From Folioceros fuciformis (taxonomy: Eukaryota): DNA of 64,000 bases. Positions 35,531 to 47,400 of the stretch are shown in pieces (the stretch's first letter is position 1; the number at the start of each line of letters is the position of its first letter). A program made the translations under genes and the position numbers. The notes below the pieces were generated by a model. The model worked only from the letters and a program-made list of their open reading frames with translations, ran no database searches and was not told the DNA's origin. The stretch covers positions 198,451-262,450 of the forward strand of contig JBNGIO010006231.1 of NCBI GenBank assembly GCA_049999805.1. Reading direction: 5' to 3'.

Positions 35531-36915
35531 TCAGTTGATAACAGCACAGTTCTTCCGAATCTCTCCCTCGGTTCCTGTCTTGACACCAACGTTACCCAGC
35601 TTAACAATTGCAGCCGTCCAGTCGTTGAAAAATTTACTCTTCTTCTTTGCGTACTTCAGCACTTGCGGGCGGGTTCGAGCATCTGTCCAAAGAGCTTGAT
35701 CGGTTCGCAATATGCCGTAGCCGGTGAGCAGGTTTTTGTAATAGACGTTGTCGAATTTGGTGTGGGAGTTGACATCCAGGAAGGCGACGATTGTGGGATC
35801 CACATTCTTGGGGCAGGCTTGCTTCAGCTCCGCTAGGTAAGTGGAGTTAAGGGACGGGTCTGGCGGTGATGAGTAGAGGCGATCCTGGAACTTGTCGCAG
35901 TGAACGAACCCGAATGTGTGTGCACCTGCAGAGAGGCCAGCCAGTGTCAAATATCCTCTCCATCCACAATCCATGCATAGAGAAAGAAGGTGATTACAAG
36001 CCGCTAATTTACCCGAGAGAGTGACCATATCCGTTTGGGTCAATCCCTTCGCGGCGAAGACGCTCGTGAGCTGATCAACGCTCATATTGGGGTTGGGCAG
36101 CTGCCCTTTCACGTTTGCAGCTTTGGACACTCTGCCATCTAGTCTCCCTTTGAGAACATCCCAGCTGGGTCCCCTGGCCTGGGAGCGCAGACACAACGTT
36201 ACTAACAGCAATCACTATTTTGAAACAAGGAAGGAAGAATGGGAACTCCTCCCCTGGAACGATTGCATCAAATTCATCCACCATTGGCAGTGATGATGAG
36301 CAGAGCAACGGCACACAAGAAGCGAAGTACGTGCGTTAACTTCAAGGTGCCAAGAGCAGTAAGTGTACCAGGACAGCCATGTCCCGCGCAACAATCTGGA
36401 TAATGTCTGCGCAGGACACAGTGTTGGGGCACGCTGCCTCCACAGCTGTCTTGGCTCGCACTACTGCGTCGAACCCATCGCCGGGCAAAGACAAATTGTC
36501 ATCCGCGTCCTTCTCGGCAACATTACCACCAGTCGACATCACAAACACCGACGCATCACACCCCTGCACAGTCCCACTCCCCGCATTACAGACACAAGAA
36601 ATGCCAAGCTCATCCACAAGCCAAGGCCGATGAAGAAAGCGAGCTGAATCCTGGAACGAGGGCGTTAGCGCCCACCTCCACCATGCAGTCGTGGAAGAGA
36701 ATTCTCATGACCCCTGCAGCGGACACGAATGCCTCCTTGTACTTTTGAGCAACCACGGGCTTGATGATGGCCTCCAAGTTGGGACACGTCTTGGAGTAGA
36801 AGTCCACCGACAGCCCGGCACACATTGCTCCTTCGGGGAAGGAAACTGCCAGCACTAAGGCTACGGCTAAGGCCACGGTCAGGCTCTGGCGCAGGCGCAG
36901 TAGCAGGGGCTCCAT
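35531..36915 (-). CDS. Class III secretory peroxidase, 4 exons
   Basis: Signal peptide, RILFHDC|GCDAS, VSCADI, GRLDG, LSGAHTFG, FDNVYY and GEIRKNC, with the classical three-intron layout. Confidence 0.96.
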
Positions 36916-37413
36916 CGCCTCCGTGCCCGTTGCTGAAGCAAGATTTCACGAAGTGATGCACAAATGCTACTCCCGCCTGTTTCCTCGGTGCAATGCGTGT
37001 TCGTCCAGAGTGTCCGGATGGGATGATGCAAGGCTGCTCATACCCAGCCCGGGGATCCTCGAATCCAGCTGGCAGCGGCGTCCGACTCCCGGGCAGCAGT
37101 ATACTGAAGCGGAGTGCGATGGTGGGGGATGGCAATTTGTGCAGTGCAACGGCAGGCATAGCAAGTACTCGGGCGGGCTGTTGGAAATTGGAATATATCC
37201 TGGGGAGAAGAGAGAAGACGAGCAAACGTGGTCTCGTTTGTCCGTGACAGAAGCTACTCCTCCACAAGAAGTTGCTTGCCCGAGCTTCCCATCCTAGCTT
37301 ATTACAGTACTGGTGATGGCCACTTCTTACCGCTTTCAGGACATGCGAGGCACCGTCTGGTCGATGCCGGGTGGCTGCTGCCGCTGTGACTGTTGTACGG
37401 TGAGGAAAAGTCT

Positions 37414-37460
37414 TGGACTGGTGGACTGGTGGACTGGAGACTGGTGGACTGGTGGACTGG
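37414..37460. repeat. Imperfect (GGACTGGT)n tandem repeat
   Basis: About 5-6 units seen directly. Confidence 0.85.
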
Positions 37461-38645
37461 AGCCCGGTGCAGGCACCGGGAGGGGAGAACAGATGGACGC
37501 CTCCACCTCTGAGTATTTTTTTCGCTCTCTCACAAGAACGAGCTCATGGCATGATGTAGCTCTGTCAGAGGTAGCTGGCCGCCATTGGCCCACGTCTCGG
37601 GTGATCTCCCCTACCAGCACTATAACAGCTGCCAAAGGATAGTTTTACGAAGCTGCAAACGCGAAGTGGCAGTGGGTGATGATACGCATGGCTGTTGCAA
37701 CTTGCTTCGAACCTCGCGTACCCGTCGTTGTGCTGTTAACAGTACGCCCTCCCCAAGGAAGCCCCTCGCCAACCGAGGACAGTAAAATTTACGGGTTCTG
37801 GGCACTGATCTTGGCCTGATGTTCTTGTCCTTCATCCCAAATCCACTGTGCCAAACATTTTTGTCGCATTACTGCCAGCCTCCAGATATGTTCGTTGGCA
37901 GATGTGCCAGTTCGGACGGCATCATCGCCAAGCTAAGTGTGTCGAGTTGCGAGAGTGGGTCTGACACTCACTACCTTCCCTGCACGCCTCATCAGACAGG
38001 AATGTACTACGGCGAATGAGAATCCGGTGACATGTAACTTCCCTTTTGCACGCTCAACGCAAGGTTTGGGGATTTGGGTTGGTGGTGCAGGCAACTTCAT
38101 TCACGGTTCATATGAAAATCTTAGAATCTGGAGGATTGAATTTCTTGCGGGAACTTGCACGAGGGTTGTTTGTGCTGGGAGGTCAGTCTTGAGGTTCACG
38201 TTCGTCCATGCCTCTTCTCACACTCAAGTCCTGGCTCATGCTTCTCCGTCCATCAACACCTACAACATCTTCTTGAGATACAGAAGACACATGAAACCTT
38301 ATCCCTTCCGCCACGTGGGTGGCACCGTTGCCAAGTCCAGGACCTCAAACCGCCGTTCAGCAACTGCCTCTTTCAGGCCTTGACCACAGGTAGGGGGAGT
38401 TTAAGTATTGTACGTTCCCATCTCTTGTTTTTGTTTCTTGCTGGGATTGTCCATGGACACGCCACTCCCACGGGCACACGTCACGAGTTCTCCATCCAGA
38501 ACACCCCCGTTATCTCGTATTCAATGCAACTAACTTCGGGGGGCAGTCATTCCTGTTCACCCTGAAGGGGAACTCTCATGATCCTTTCGTCTTTCCATCA
38601 CATGGACGGCAAACGAAATAGAATACTCCTCCCCTGGATATCGCT

Positions 38646-38681
38646 CGCTTTTTTGCACGCTTTTTTGCACGCCTTTTTGCA
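38646..38681. repeat. 12-bp tandem repeat x3 (CGCTTTTTTGCA)
   Basis: Seen directly; the third copy has one substitution. Confidence 0.85.
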
Positions 38682-38946
38682 TTGCATCCCTATTCACTAC
38701 GCAAAGGCATCTGCCCACAGATGGCATGGATAAATAATTCGCAACATTATCGCGATCTCTGCTCAAGGAATCGCACAAACTCCGGCCCGTGCGCAGCTCA
38801 CAAAGGTGATGTCACATCCCTACCAGGGCTGGGGTGACTGGCATGACTCTCCGGTCGAGGGTCTCAACTACGTCCAGAGAAAATCGCCTGTCCACGAAGG
38901 TGACTCCCTAGGTCTCCTCCGGCAAAGCCTCTCCCACCTACTTCCT

Positions 38947-40411
38947 TCAGGTTCTCAGATTTTCAACCACCCAAGGAGCAAGTTCAATATTCTCTGGATC
39001 TCTCTTGTGGATTCTGTAGTGCTCTGACCAGTGGCATGGCAAGGGTCCATCTACCAGGCCTGTATGCGAGTCGTACACACACAAGGGCAACCAGTCCTCA
39101 CCTCCATTCATGCGCCGCTCCCTTTCTTTCGGGTAGGCTAATGGTGCCTGGATGTACCTGCATGTTGTACATCTCAGGACATGGGTTTTACACTTTGAAG
39201 GACGTGGGTAGACGACATAAGCTCCGGTTGAACATCACCTCACGCCATCCAGAGTTGTGTCCCAGCAGAAATGCGTATGTCCGAACACATGGCAAGCAGA
39301 AGTGCTCCCACGGACCCCATGGATTCTCCTTAACCTGGCTTCAAGCCAATCTGACCCCACTATTTTTAGCAGCTTGGGGTAGAACAACATCCGCTTTTCA
39401 GGGCAAAGCTCAACCCTGCACCAATTGGCAATAAAGACGTGTCAATCCTCTCCCACCTTGCTGCGATTCACCAATCTTGCAACATGGCTACCAAGATGTC
39501 AATAACCTCGGGAGAAAATGAGAGAATGTGATAACTGGACTCTTCGAGGCGTGAATCTCCTCGACAACCTCGTCATTCACTGTATTCAATCCGTCAAAAT
39601 ACAGTGCAAGATCATCTGTGGAGCTGTCCATTGTTGCTGGCCATTTGCATGCGCTGTAATCTTTACATTTCTACCATAACTTCCAACAAGTCAGTCCACA
39701 GATTGATAAAGGGCAAGGATACACCCAGTCACACTAAAGGAAAGTCACCATGGCATTGTGTTTGGTGTAGAGTCCAGACCTTCTCAGGAGGAGGAAAAGT
39801 ATGACTCTCGATCTCCCGCTCTCTATCGAAGCTCTGTACAGCCATTCAGTGGAGGTGAGCACGAGTAGGTGTTTCGGAAAGAAGCAAGATCAGTGGTGCT
39901 TGATTTACAAAGACATGTCAGGTCCACTGGACAAAACTTAGCACAGGCTCCATGAAGTATTGCCTGATGGTACCAGGAGAGAACAGGGACAATCCATATG
40001 TTGTTGACTAGCTTGGGCCTTGTCTCAACACCGATGGACTCGCAGAAGTCGTTCAGGGCTTCGAGCTTCGACAGGGAGTCCACCTGTTTCCACCTCCGCA
40101 CGATGTGTCAGCAAACCTCTGATTCACGGTCTGGCAGAACAGCCGAGTCGGGAAGCAGGCGAGAGTCATCTCACCCATTGCTCCTCCCCATTTCCGCGGC
40201 ACCATAGATCATGATTTCCCGGAACAAAAAAGACATGCTTGAACAGTGCTTTCAACGCCCTCATCGTGTCCTTGAAGACTTGGAAATCCTCTGATACGTC
40301 TCCGGCAACAATCAGGGCATCCTGGAGATACAAGTCTGGCGAGAGCCTCTTCACCCAATCCATGTTGGCCTCGAAATCCGTGTGCAAGTCAGAAATCACG
40401 TACACCCTCAT
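38947..40411 (-). CDS. Calcineurin-like metallophosphoesterase, multi-exon
   Basis: SDLH, AGDV, PGNHD, FSHFLPR, a GHT-type motif and C-terminal ELAPWV. ATG at 40411 (or 40465); TGA at 38947-38949; intron 2 appears to be GC-AG. Confidence 0.88.
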
Positions 40412-41128
40412 GGTGGCGAGACTGGTAGCTCGTTGTAACAATCGAGGCAAGATCTCCGGGAGCATCCCTTTGCCCCTGTACCTTCGCGCAGCTCGTGCCT
40501 TGAATGGAGTAGCAGCTGACCGCGCGACAGGCAGAAGGCGACGAGACTGGAGCTGCCAAGAACTCCTTACTTCTAGGTTGGGACGGGATCTGCAAACGGG
40601 AGTCGAGGGTGAAGTGAGTAAAGAACAAGGAGGGGAGATGGCAAACTACACCAGCACTGGTCACTGAGACACCCGCCTGAGTCGGAGCAAAGGCCGAAGG
40701 AGCACCCCTTGGTGTGCATGCCTGCTAACCGAGTGCCGCCATGGCATCTGCATTTGTGAGGGACAACATAACCCAGCCTCCAGGCTCCCTCGTGTCAGCA
40801 GGAGTTCTGGTTGATGCACTGGTAGAAAAACTCACACCGGTAAGATAAACCGGCACTTTGATGCGTTTGCGTGTTGGGAAGGAGACGGAGAACTCGAGGA
40901 AATGTGTGCGAAGAAGGAACAAATCTCGTAGTACTTGCTTGGTACATACATGGGCGTGACAACTGGAAGACCTTTCTTTCTGTCGGCATGTCCACCGAGG
41001 AAAGTGCTGGACGAAAACGCAACAAATCCGCTGAATGAGGCTGGAGCTGACTAGACTAGACTAGAATAGGCTAGCTAAGAGATCCTTGCAAGTACAAGCA
41101 CGAATTGAAAGAATGATGGAATGGCTCC

Positions 41129-43369
41129 TTAGAGCTCATGGCGGGCATGGAGCGGTTGCTGGTTAGGGGAGGGAGTGCTGGGGAGATCCCCGAGGTGCCT
41201 CACCACATCCTCGATGTCTGGCCTGGTGCTGGGAGCTCCAGCCACGCAGTTCATGGCCAGCTGCAGAGTTGTGAGAAGCTCATCCTCGGGAGGAGACTCC
41301 TTCATCAGGTCCAAGTCGAACACCTCGTTGGTCCATTCCTCCTTCACCACGGATGTGACCCAGTCGGGGAGAGTGGTGTCCGCCGACTGGAGGTTGGTGC
41401 CTGTCAGGGGGTCGGAAGGAGCCTTGCCTGTGAGAAGCTCCAGCAGGATGACCCCGAAGCTGTAGACGTCGGACTTGAAGGTGGCCTTCTTCAGCTTGGT
41501 GAGCTCCGGGGCCCTGTACCCCAGAGCCCCGGCTGTGGAGATGACGGTGGAGTTGGCAGTCGTCGTCATGACTCTAGAGAGGCCATAGTCGGAGATCTGG
41601 GGAGACATGTGGCGGTCCAGCAGAATGTTGCTGGACGTGAGGTTGCCATGCACAATCTTCTCCTTGGCATGCAGGAATGCCAGCCCCCGGGCAGTGCCAA
41701 TGGCAATCTTGAGCCTTGTGCTCCAGCCCAAAGGCGTCTGCGGACCCCTGCTCCCATGCAACAATGCTGCCAGGCTTCCCAGAGGCATGAAGTCGTACAC
41801 CAGGAGCTTCTCCTCCTTGGGGCCCCAGTAGTACGCTCTCAGAGCCAGCAGGTTGGGATGCCGCATAGCACCAAGCCCCTGGATCTCTGTCTCGAACTCC
41901 CTCTGGCCCTTCACGATCCCTTCCCTCAATCTCTTAACAGCAACGCTGGTCCCGTCCTCCAGAGTTGCCTTGTACACCGTTCCGTACGAGCTCTTCCCCA
42001 AAACCTCTGCCGTCGCTCGCAGAAGGTCATCCACGCTGAAGGCCAGAGGGCCATCGAAATGCACCAGCTTCCCTCCGACATCCCCCTCGCTGCTAGGGGA
42101 CTCTTCCGGCCGCTTCCCAGCCTGGCCCGTGAGCCCTGCCTCTCCACCTCCCCCAGTTCCCCTCCTCTTCCCGGTGCAGAAGATCAGGAAGCAGATGCAC
42201 AGGGCTATGGAGCAAACGGCTATGCCAACAGCAATGCCCACCCATGCCAAGGTGCTCAGTCTCTTCTTCCTCCGGGAACACAGCTTAGAGACCTCCCCTC
42301 CACAGAGTCCAGCGTTCCCGACGAAAGAGCTGGTGGGAAATGTCCGGTCCAGCATCGGGATGGAGCCACTGAGCTCGTTGTAGGACACGTTGAAGGTCTG
42401 CAGGTCAGGCAGCCGGCTGAGGGAGCTAGGAATGGAGCCCGAGAGGCTGTTGTGCGACACGTCGAGGTAGGTGAGGTTGGACAGATCCCCGAACGAGTTG
42501 GGAATGGAGCCAGTAAGCTGGTTCCTGGACAGATCCAGCACCTGCAGCGAGGTGAGCGATCCCAGCTCGGAAGGCAGCTTCCCGGAGAAGTCGTTATCCC
42601 CCAGGTCCAGGATGCTGGCAGAGGTGCCAGGTCCCATGTCCAGGGGCAAGCTCCCATTCAGGCTGTTGCCATGCAATTCCAGCACCTGGAGGCGGTAGCT
42701 GCTCCACCGCTGCGCGACAGACCCCGAGAGAGCATTTCTGGACGCGGACACGACCTGCACAGACGGGTTGAGAGCCCAGTCCTTGGGCACCTGCCCTGTC
42801 AGCTTGTTGTCGCTCACGTTCACATAGAGTAGCCTGGTGGACGCTGCGAGGCCCTCAGGAATGGTTCCGGTGAGCTGGTTGGAGCTGAAGTCAAGCCGCT
42901 GCAGCAGGGAGGAGCTTCCGAGCCCAGAAGGAATCTCCCCGGTGAAGCCATTCTTGTTGAGATACACGGCCCTGAGGAACGGCAGGGTCCACAACGTCGG
43001 CGGGATGGGACCCTGGATGCTGTTGGTGTGCACATTGAACTTGCGCAGGTTCTTGAGCTGCCCCACCTGATCCGAGAGGCTCCCCCCAAGACCCAGCCCC
43101 GCCAGCTGCAGAACAGTCACCTGCCCGGCCGCGCACGTCACCCCGGCCCAGCCGCCCTGGCAGGCCCCGCTCCCGGTCCCGGTCCTGTTCCAGCTCTGCA
43201 GCACGTTATTCGGATCGGTGAAGGCCTGCTTGATGGCCAGCAGCGCCTGCAGGTCGTTGGGAATGAGGTCCTGCCCGTCCACCTGCCCCCGTGCTGCCGC
43301 CCACAAGAAGCAGAACAAGAAGCTGAGCTTCAAGGCGATGCTGGGAGACAGGCCACGGCCACGGCCCAT
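41129..43369 (-). CDS. LRR receptor-like kinase, LRR-III (IMK2/IMK3-like), intronless, atypical kinase domain
   Basis: Signal peptide, LRRNT, about 9 LRRs and a TM helix, then [34 protein letters not shown] (no catalytic Asp), DYG and GYRAPE. Confidence 0.93.
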   Translation of the reverse strand: MGRGRGLSPSIALKLSFLFCFLWAAARGQVDGQDLIPNDLQALLAIKQAFTDPNNVLQSWNRTGTGSGACQGGWAGVTCAAGQVTVLQLAGLGLGGSLSDQVGQLKNLRKFNVHTNSIQGPIPPTLWTLPFLRAVYLNKNGFTGEIPSGLGSSSLLQRLDFSSNQLTGTIPEGLAASTRLLYVNVSDNKLTGQVPKDWALNPSVQVVSASRNALSGSVAQRWSSYRLQVLELHGNSLNGSLPLDMGPGTSASILDLGDNDFSGKLPSELGSLTSLQVLDLSRNQLTGSIPNSFGDLSNLTYLDVSHNSLSGSIPSSLSRLPDLQTFNVSYNELSGSIPMLDRTFPTSSFVGNAGLCGGEVSKLCSRRKKRLSTLAWVGIAVGIAVCSIALCICFLIFCTGKRRGTGGGGEAGLTGQAGKRPEESPSSEGDVGGKLVHFDGPLAFSVDDLLRATAEVLGKSSYGTVYKATLEDGTSVAVKRLREGIVKGQREFETEIQGLGAMRHPNLLALRAYYWGPKEEKLLVYDFMPLGSLAALLHGSRGPQTPLGWSTRLKIAIGTARGLAFLHAKEKIVHGNLTSSNILLDRHMSPQISDYGLSRVMTTTANSTVISTAGALGYRAPELTKLKKATFKSDVYSFGVILLELLTGKAPSDPLTGTNLQSADTTLPDWVTSVVKEEWTNEVFDLDLMKESPPEDELLTTLQLAMNCVAGAPSTRPDIEDVVRHLGDLPSTPSPNQQPLHARHEL

Positions 43370-44462
43370 GCTCCTGTGCTGAGGCTTGCGCCCACCTGCA
43401 CTGGCTCCGGCCCCGGCTCCTGCTCCTGCTCTGGCTGCACCTCACGGGCAAGAACCGGAAAAGACTCCTTCCCGCAAGACATCCACCGAGGCGCTCCCGA
43501 CTCCCCCGCCGGCCCAGCTGCATACAATGCGATACAAGCAATACAGGACAGTACAGCGCAGTGCAACGCAATGCCCAGAGCCCGATATCCCACAACCCGA
43601 TGCTGGCTGCAGCTGCCAGCTGACAATACGTGAGCGTGCTTAGCGAAATCTTGCTCCAAGCCTCCGATTCCGCAGCTCCCTGGTTGGGAAGAGGGCAAAG
43701 CGGCAGTGCAGCACAGCACAGCACATTCTCCCACAGGTCTCTCCAGCTCTGAAATGGCCAATGGCAACGGCAGCAGGGGAAGGAGGAGGTGATGGTGTCA
43801 CGGCGAACGGTAACATTGGGAAAGGAGGCTGGTGACCTGGTCCCAGACCAAGAGCCAGCATGAACCAGAGCCAGAGGCAGGACCCGGGCAAGGGCATGGG
43901 CATGAACATGAGCATGGGATCGCGGCAGGCTGGTGATGGAAAGGGACGGGCTTCATTGCCCACATGATGGACTATCCACTCAGGGACGTTGGCAGCGCGT
44001 GCCAGAGACAACGTCTCTCTCCGCAGGCTGCTCCTGCGGGCAACTGTCACTTTGTCAGGCTCCACTGACCCGACTTTAATACTCGCACACTTTCCGCTGA
44101 CCGCAGAATGGTGTGCCCACTTCTAATTGCGACCGTGTTTGCTCTCGTTGCAGAGCTTGCAGACACTGCATATGCGGGCTCGGAGTGTGTGTGCGTCCAC
44201 CATTTTCTGGGCTGGCTGCCATTTTCTCCGCCTTACCCGGATCTGTATGCGATATTGGTCCGCAAACGACACGCATCGTCTCTGAATCTCATCAATCACC
44301 ACCGTCTCATCCCATGTAATAGCTCTTTATACGACCCGGATGGACGGGACAACTTCCCCGATCCATTTGCTTTTCAAATTATGCGGGAGGGTAATTCTCC
44401 TCAACACGCCACGCGACACGCTGTTACACCAGACACACAGTGCACCCTGCCAAGAAAAGCGG

Positions 44463-47400
44463 CTAAACATGTTTTGGTTTGCTATCATGCTGATGGCGGC
44501 GGTGTCTGTGACGAGACTGGTCTGAGTGACCCTGTGACTTCTCACCACCATATTGCTCGTGTTCCAGTTGCCATCGAGCATCCTCTTGCACACCGTGGCA
44601 GGCAACATCCCTCGACTTATGTCTACGACGCTTCTCTGAAACATCGGCTACGAGCCTGTGAACGTCGTCTCTATCTGCGCTACTGTCGCAGTGTCTTCTA
44701 CGTTTCCTTTTTCGTTTCCCGATGTCAGCATCCGATCCGGTGCTTACAGTCTCTCCTGCTTTTGACCGACTTCGGTGCTTTCTCCTCCCGGATCGATCAC
44801 CATCCTTCTTCGTCATGTCCTCCTCAACCTCCCTTCGATCAGTAGCACGCCTCCTATCAGGATCTTCATATTTCACTTTACCATGCCGGTGTGTCTGCAT
44901 CACACCCTTCTCCCTCTGTGAGACCTTCAAATCTTCACGAGGCGACGCATTTCGGCACCTGTGCCGACTTGACTGCGAATCTCTTGGGCCATCTTGGTCA
45001 TCATCAAAGCGCTTCATGTGGACCTTACTCTCCTTAATCACCGCCTCCTTGTCCCTGGTCTTGCGCCTTTCATGCCGTTTGCTGGGTTCCTCGTACTCAT
45101 CCAAGTCTGAGACCCATCTGTCACCGACGTCCTGCTCGCTGCGCTTGCCATCTTTCTTTCCCCGCGCTTGTCTTCCGAGTGAGTATCTTCGAGTTGCTCT
45201 TTCATCATTGTCGGAATATGACCCACCATCGTCTGTGATACTGCTGTTCTTAGCTGCGCCCCCATCAATCACCCTGTCTGAGGATTGCTTCCAATTCAGC
45301 TTTCCAGATACCCTCCTTTGCTCATCTGTCTCATCCGAGGGTGTACGACCCTCATGTTCACCATCGACTTTATCCTGGTTTGACTCACAAATACGCCTAG
45401 CTGGAAACCTTGAATTTGTACTTTCAAGATCACACTTCCTAGAACGCTCACTCTCCACTCGTGAGTGTAGCCGTTCTGGACTCCTCCTCGGATACAGTGA
45501 ATTTCTGCGATCAGCTTCCAATGTTTTCCGCCGCTCAGATCCCTCCCTCGAGTACACCCTTCCTGGGCTGCAGTCCCTGCGAGGATTTCCCATAACAGAC
45601 AGCAGGATACATCAGTTTCTGGATGGCACTTCAACTTAGAACATAGAGAAACTCACGTTACGGAATACACAGATTTCTTGCATGAACCCTCCAATCCACA
45701 CATGAGCATTAGGAGGCTACGCTATATGGATTTGCACACGGTGTAGGTCAAATGAAGACAAGGTGCAGATGAACTCAAGGGTCAAGAAAGGGATGGCACA
45801 AATCAAAGAGAGTCTTCAGTGGACTATGACTAATTTTCAAAACTTGGTACAATTCTACAAGATCCTGCAGTGAGGCCTTACACCCCCAGTAACCTACCTC
45901 TCTTGCTGATCCTGCATCAGACGACGAGCTCGTTCTCGCTTTTGGAGCTCCATAAACTCCTCCCGAGTAAGCGGCCTTCCCATAGGGTGCATTGGACCTG
46001 GCCCACCCAGAAATCCACTGCAAATGACAATAACCTGAGAAACCACATCTTGTAGCACTGAAGACAAAAACCTGCACAGCAACTTCATTACGAGAGGTCA
46101 CACTTACTCATGACTGCCACAATACAGAGGGGGCATGAACGGTGGAACACCATACAAGCCACCCGCCACCATAGGCCCCTCAAAGGGAACTATGCAAGGA
46201 CCAGGGCCGTAGATGCCTTCTACAAAATTAACTGGAAGAGGGCGCCCATGATGTGGCAGAGGAGCTCCATGCCAATACATATCAGGCCCATATGGGGCAA
46301 TCCCTGCAGGTGGAAGAGGCCCGCCTGCACGAGGACAACGCCACTCTCAGACTTATCAATGCAAACATAATCTGACTTGTGTTAATGCTCAAAAATACTA
46401 AACAGGTTGCTAACCTGCAGGGAACATTCCAGGATGTGATGGATAGGGTCCAGCACAATGGGGGCAGTCTCGAGCAATGTGCTCAGGGGACCCACACAAA
46501 TGGCAGAACCGGTCGCCCTGTGACACGAACAGAACCGGGTTACAGAAAACGATTTCACAGATAAGTTGGCCCATCCCATGATGCGGAGATGGGAAGTTTA
46601 GAAGAAAGTGTTCAACCAACCTTTCGCATCTTGTTCCCGCCAACACAGTCCACGGCTCCATCTGTCCATCATGACATCTCAATAGATCAATGCTAGGATG
46701 GAGACAAGCTACAGGGGTCAGGTGTATCCTTCAAAGAAGGAGAACATCCAGGCAGGCTTTTGTAAGATAAAGGCAAGTTAGAGCCAACCTGTAGTCAACA
46801 GACGGGCATGTTTCTTCTTTCTCTTGCCTGAAGATAATCCAGCCAGACAAAGGTCAAAAACACTCAAAACTATGTCATCCGTCAGTGGATTAGTGTCTCT
46901 CCTTCTTGGCCAGATACTTATGAAATTCACCTGCTATATATACGCTGATGGCAAATGCGATCTTGAAAGCATCACGAATGCTAATTGAACATAACATGCA
47001 TCTTTTCCTGACTGTATGTGATCCTCAGTCTCAGCTGGAATGCAGAGATTCAGAACCGTCCACAACCAAAGGAGGAAGAATGGAACTCAATTCACCTAAC
47101 AGAACTGCTATATGGTAATGCACGGTTTCAAGCAGCCCAATCAAAGCAGTCAACCAACAAAAAGCATGAAAGAAAGCCTAAAGAAGAGAAGGACATGCAG
47201 TCTTCATTCTCTGCTGCAAAATCAAGCAAAGGAATAGGTTGTAGGGCTTCGAACAAATAAATGTCTCAATGTGAACGACGCCCACAATATCAACCTCTCG
47301 GAACGCCTTAATCCCTATCCTAAAGAAGACATGTGTATGAAAGTCGTTTCCAACCCTTGATGCTTGAAACACACCTTTGCTAATCTGAGATTCCACAGCT

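Noticed and set aside
39715..39722. GTATCCTT (U12-type donor consensus) on the minus strand
   Set aside because: It lies inside an ordinary GT-AG intron whose removal already gives PPPEK|KCKDYSACKWP, so no U12 intron is needed.
41138..42832. 564-aa plus-strand ORF antisense to the LRR-RLK
   Set aside because: It is the codon-registered shadow of a high-GC3 gene (few antisense stops) and has no motifs of its own.
43640..44065. 141-aa ORF upstream of the LRR-RLK as a possible uORF or gene
   Set aside because: It is low-complexity GC-rich sequence with no homology cues, and the transcript start is unknown.
44722..45639. 305-aa Ser-rich plus-strand ORF
   Set aside because: It is the reverse complement of the low-complexity Arg/Asp/Glu-rich last exon of the RBBP6-like gene.
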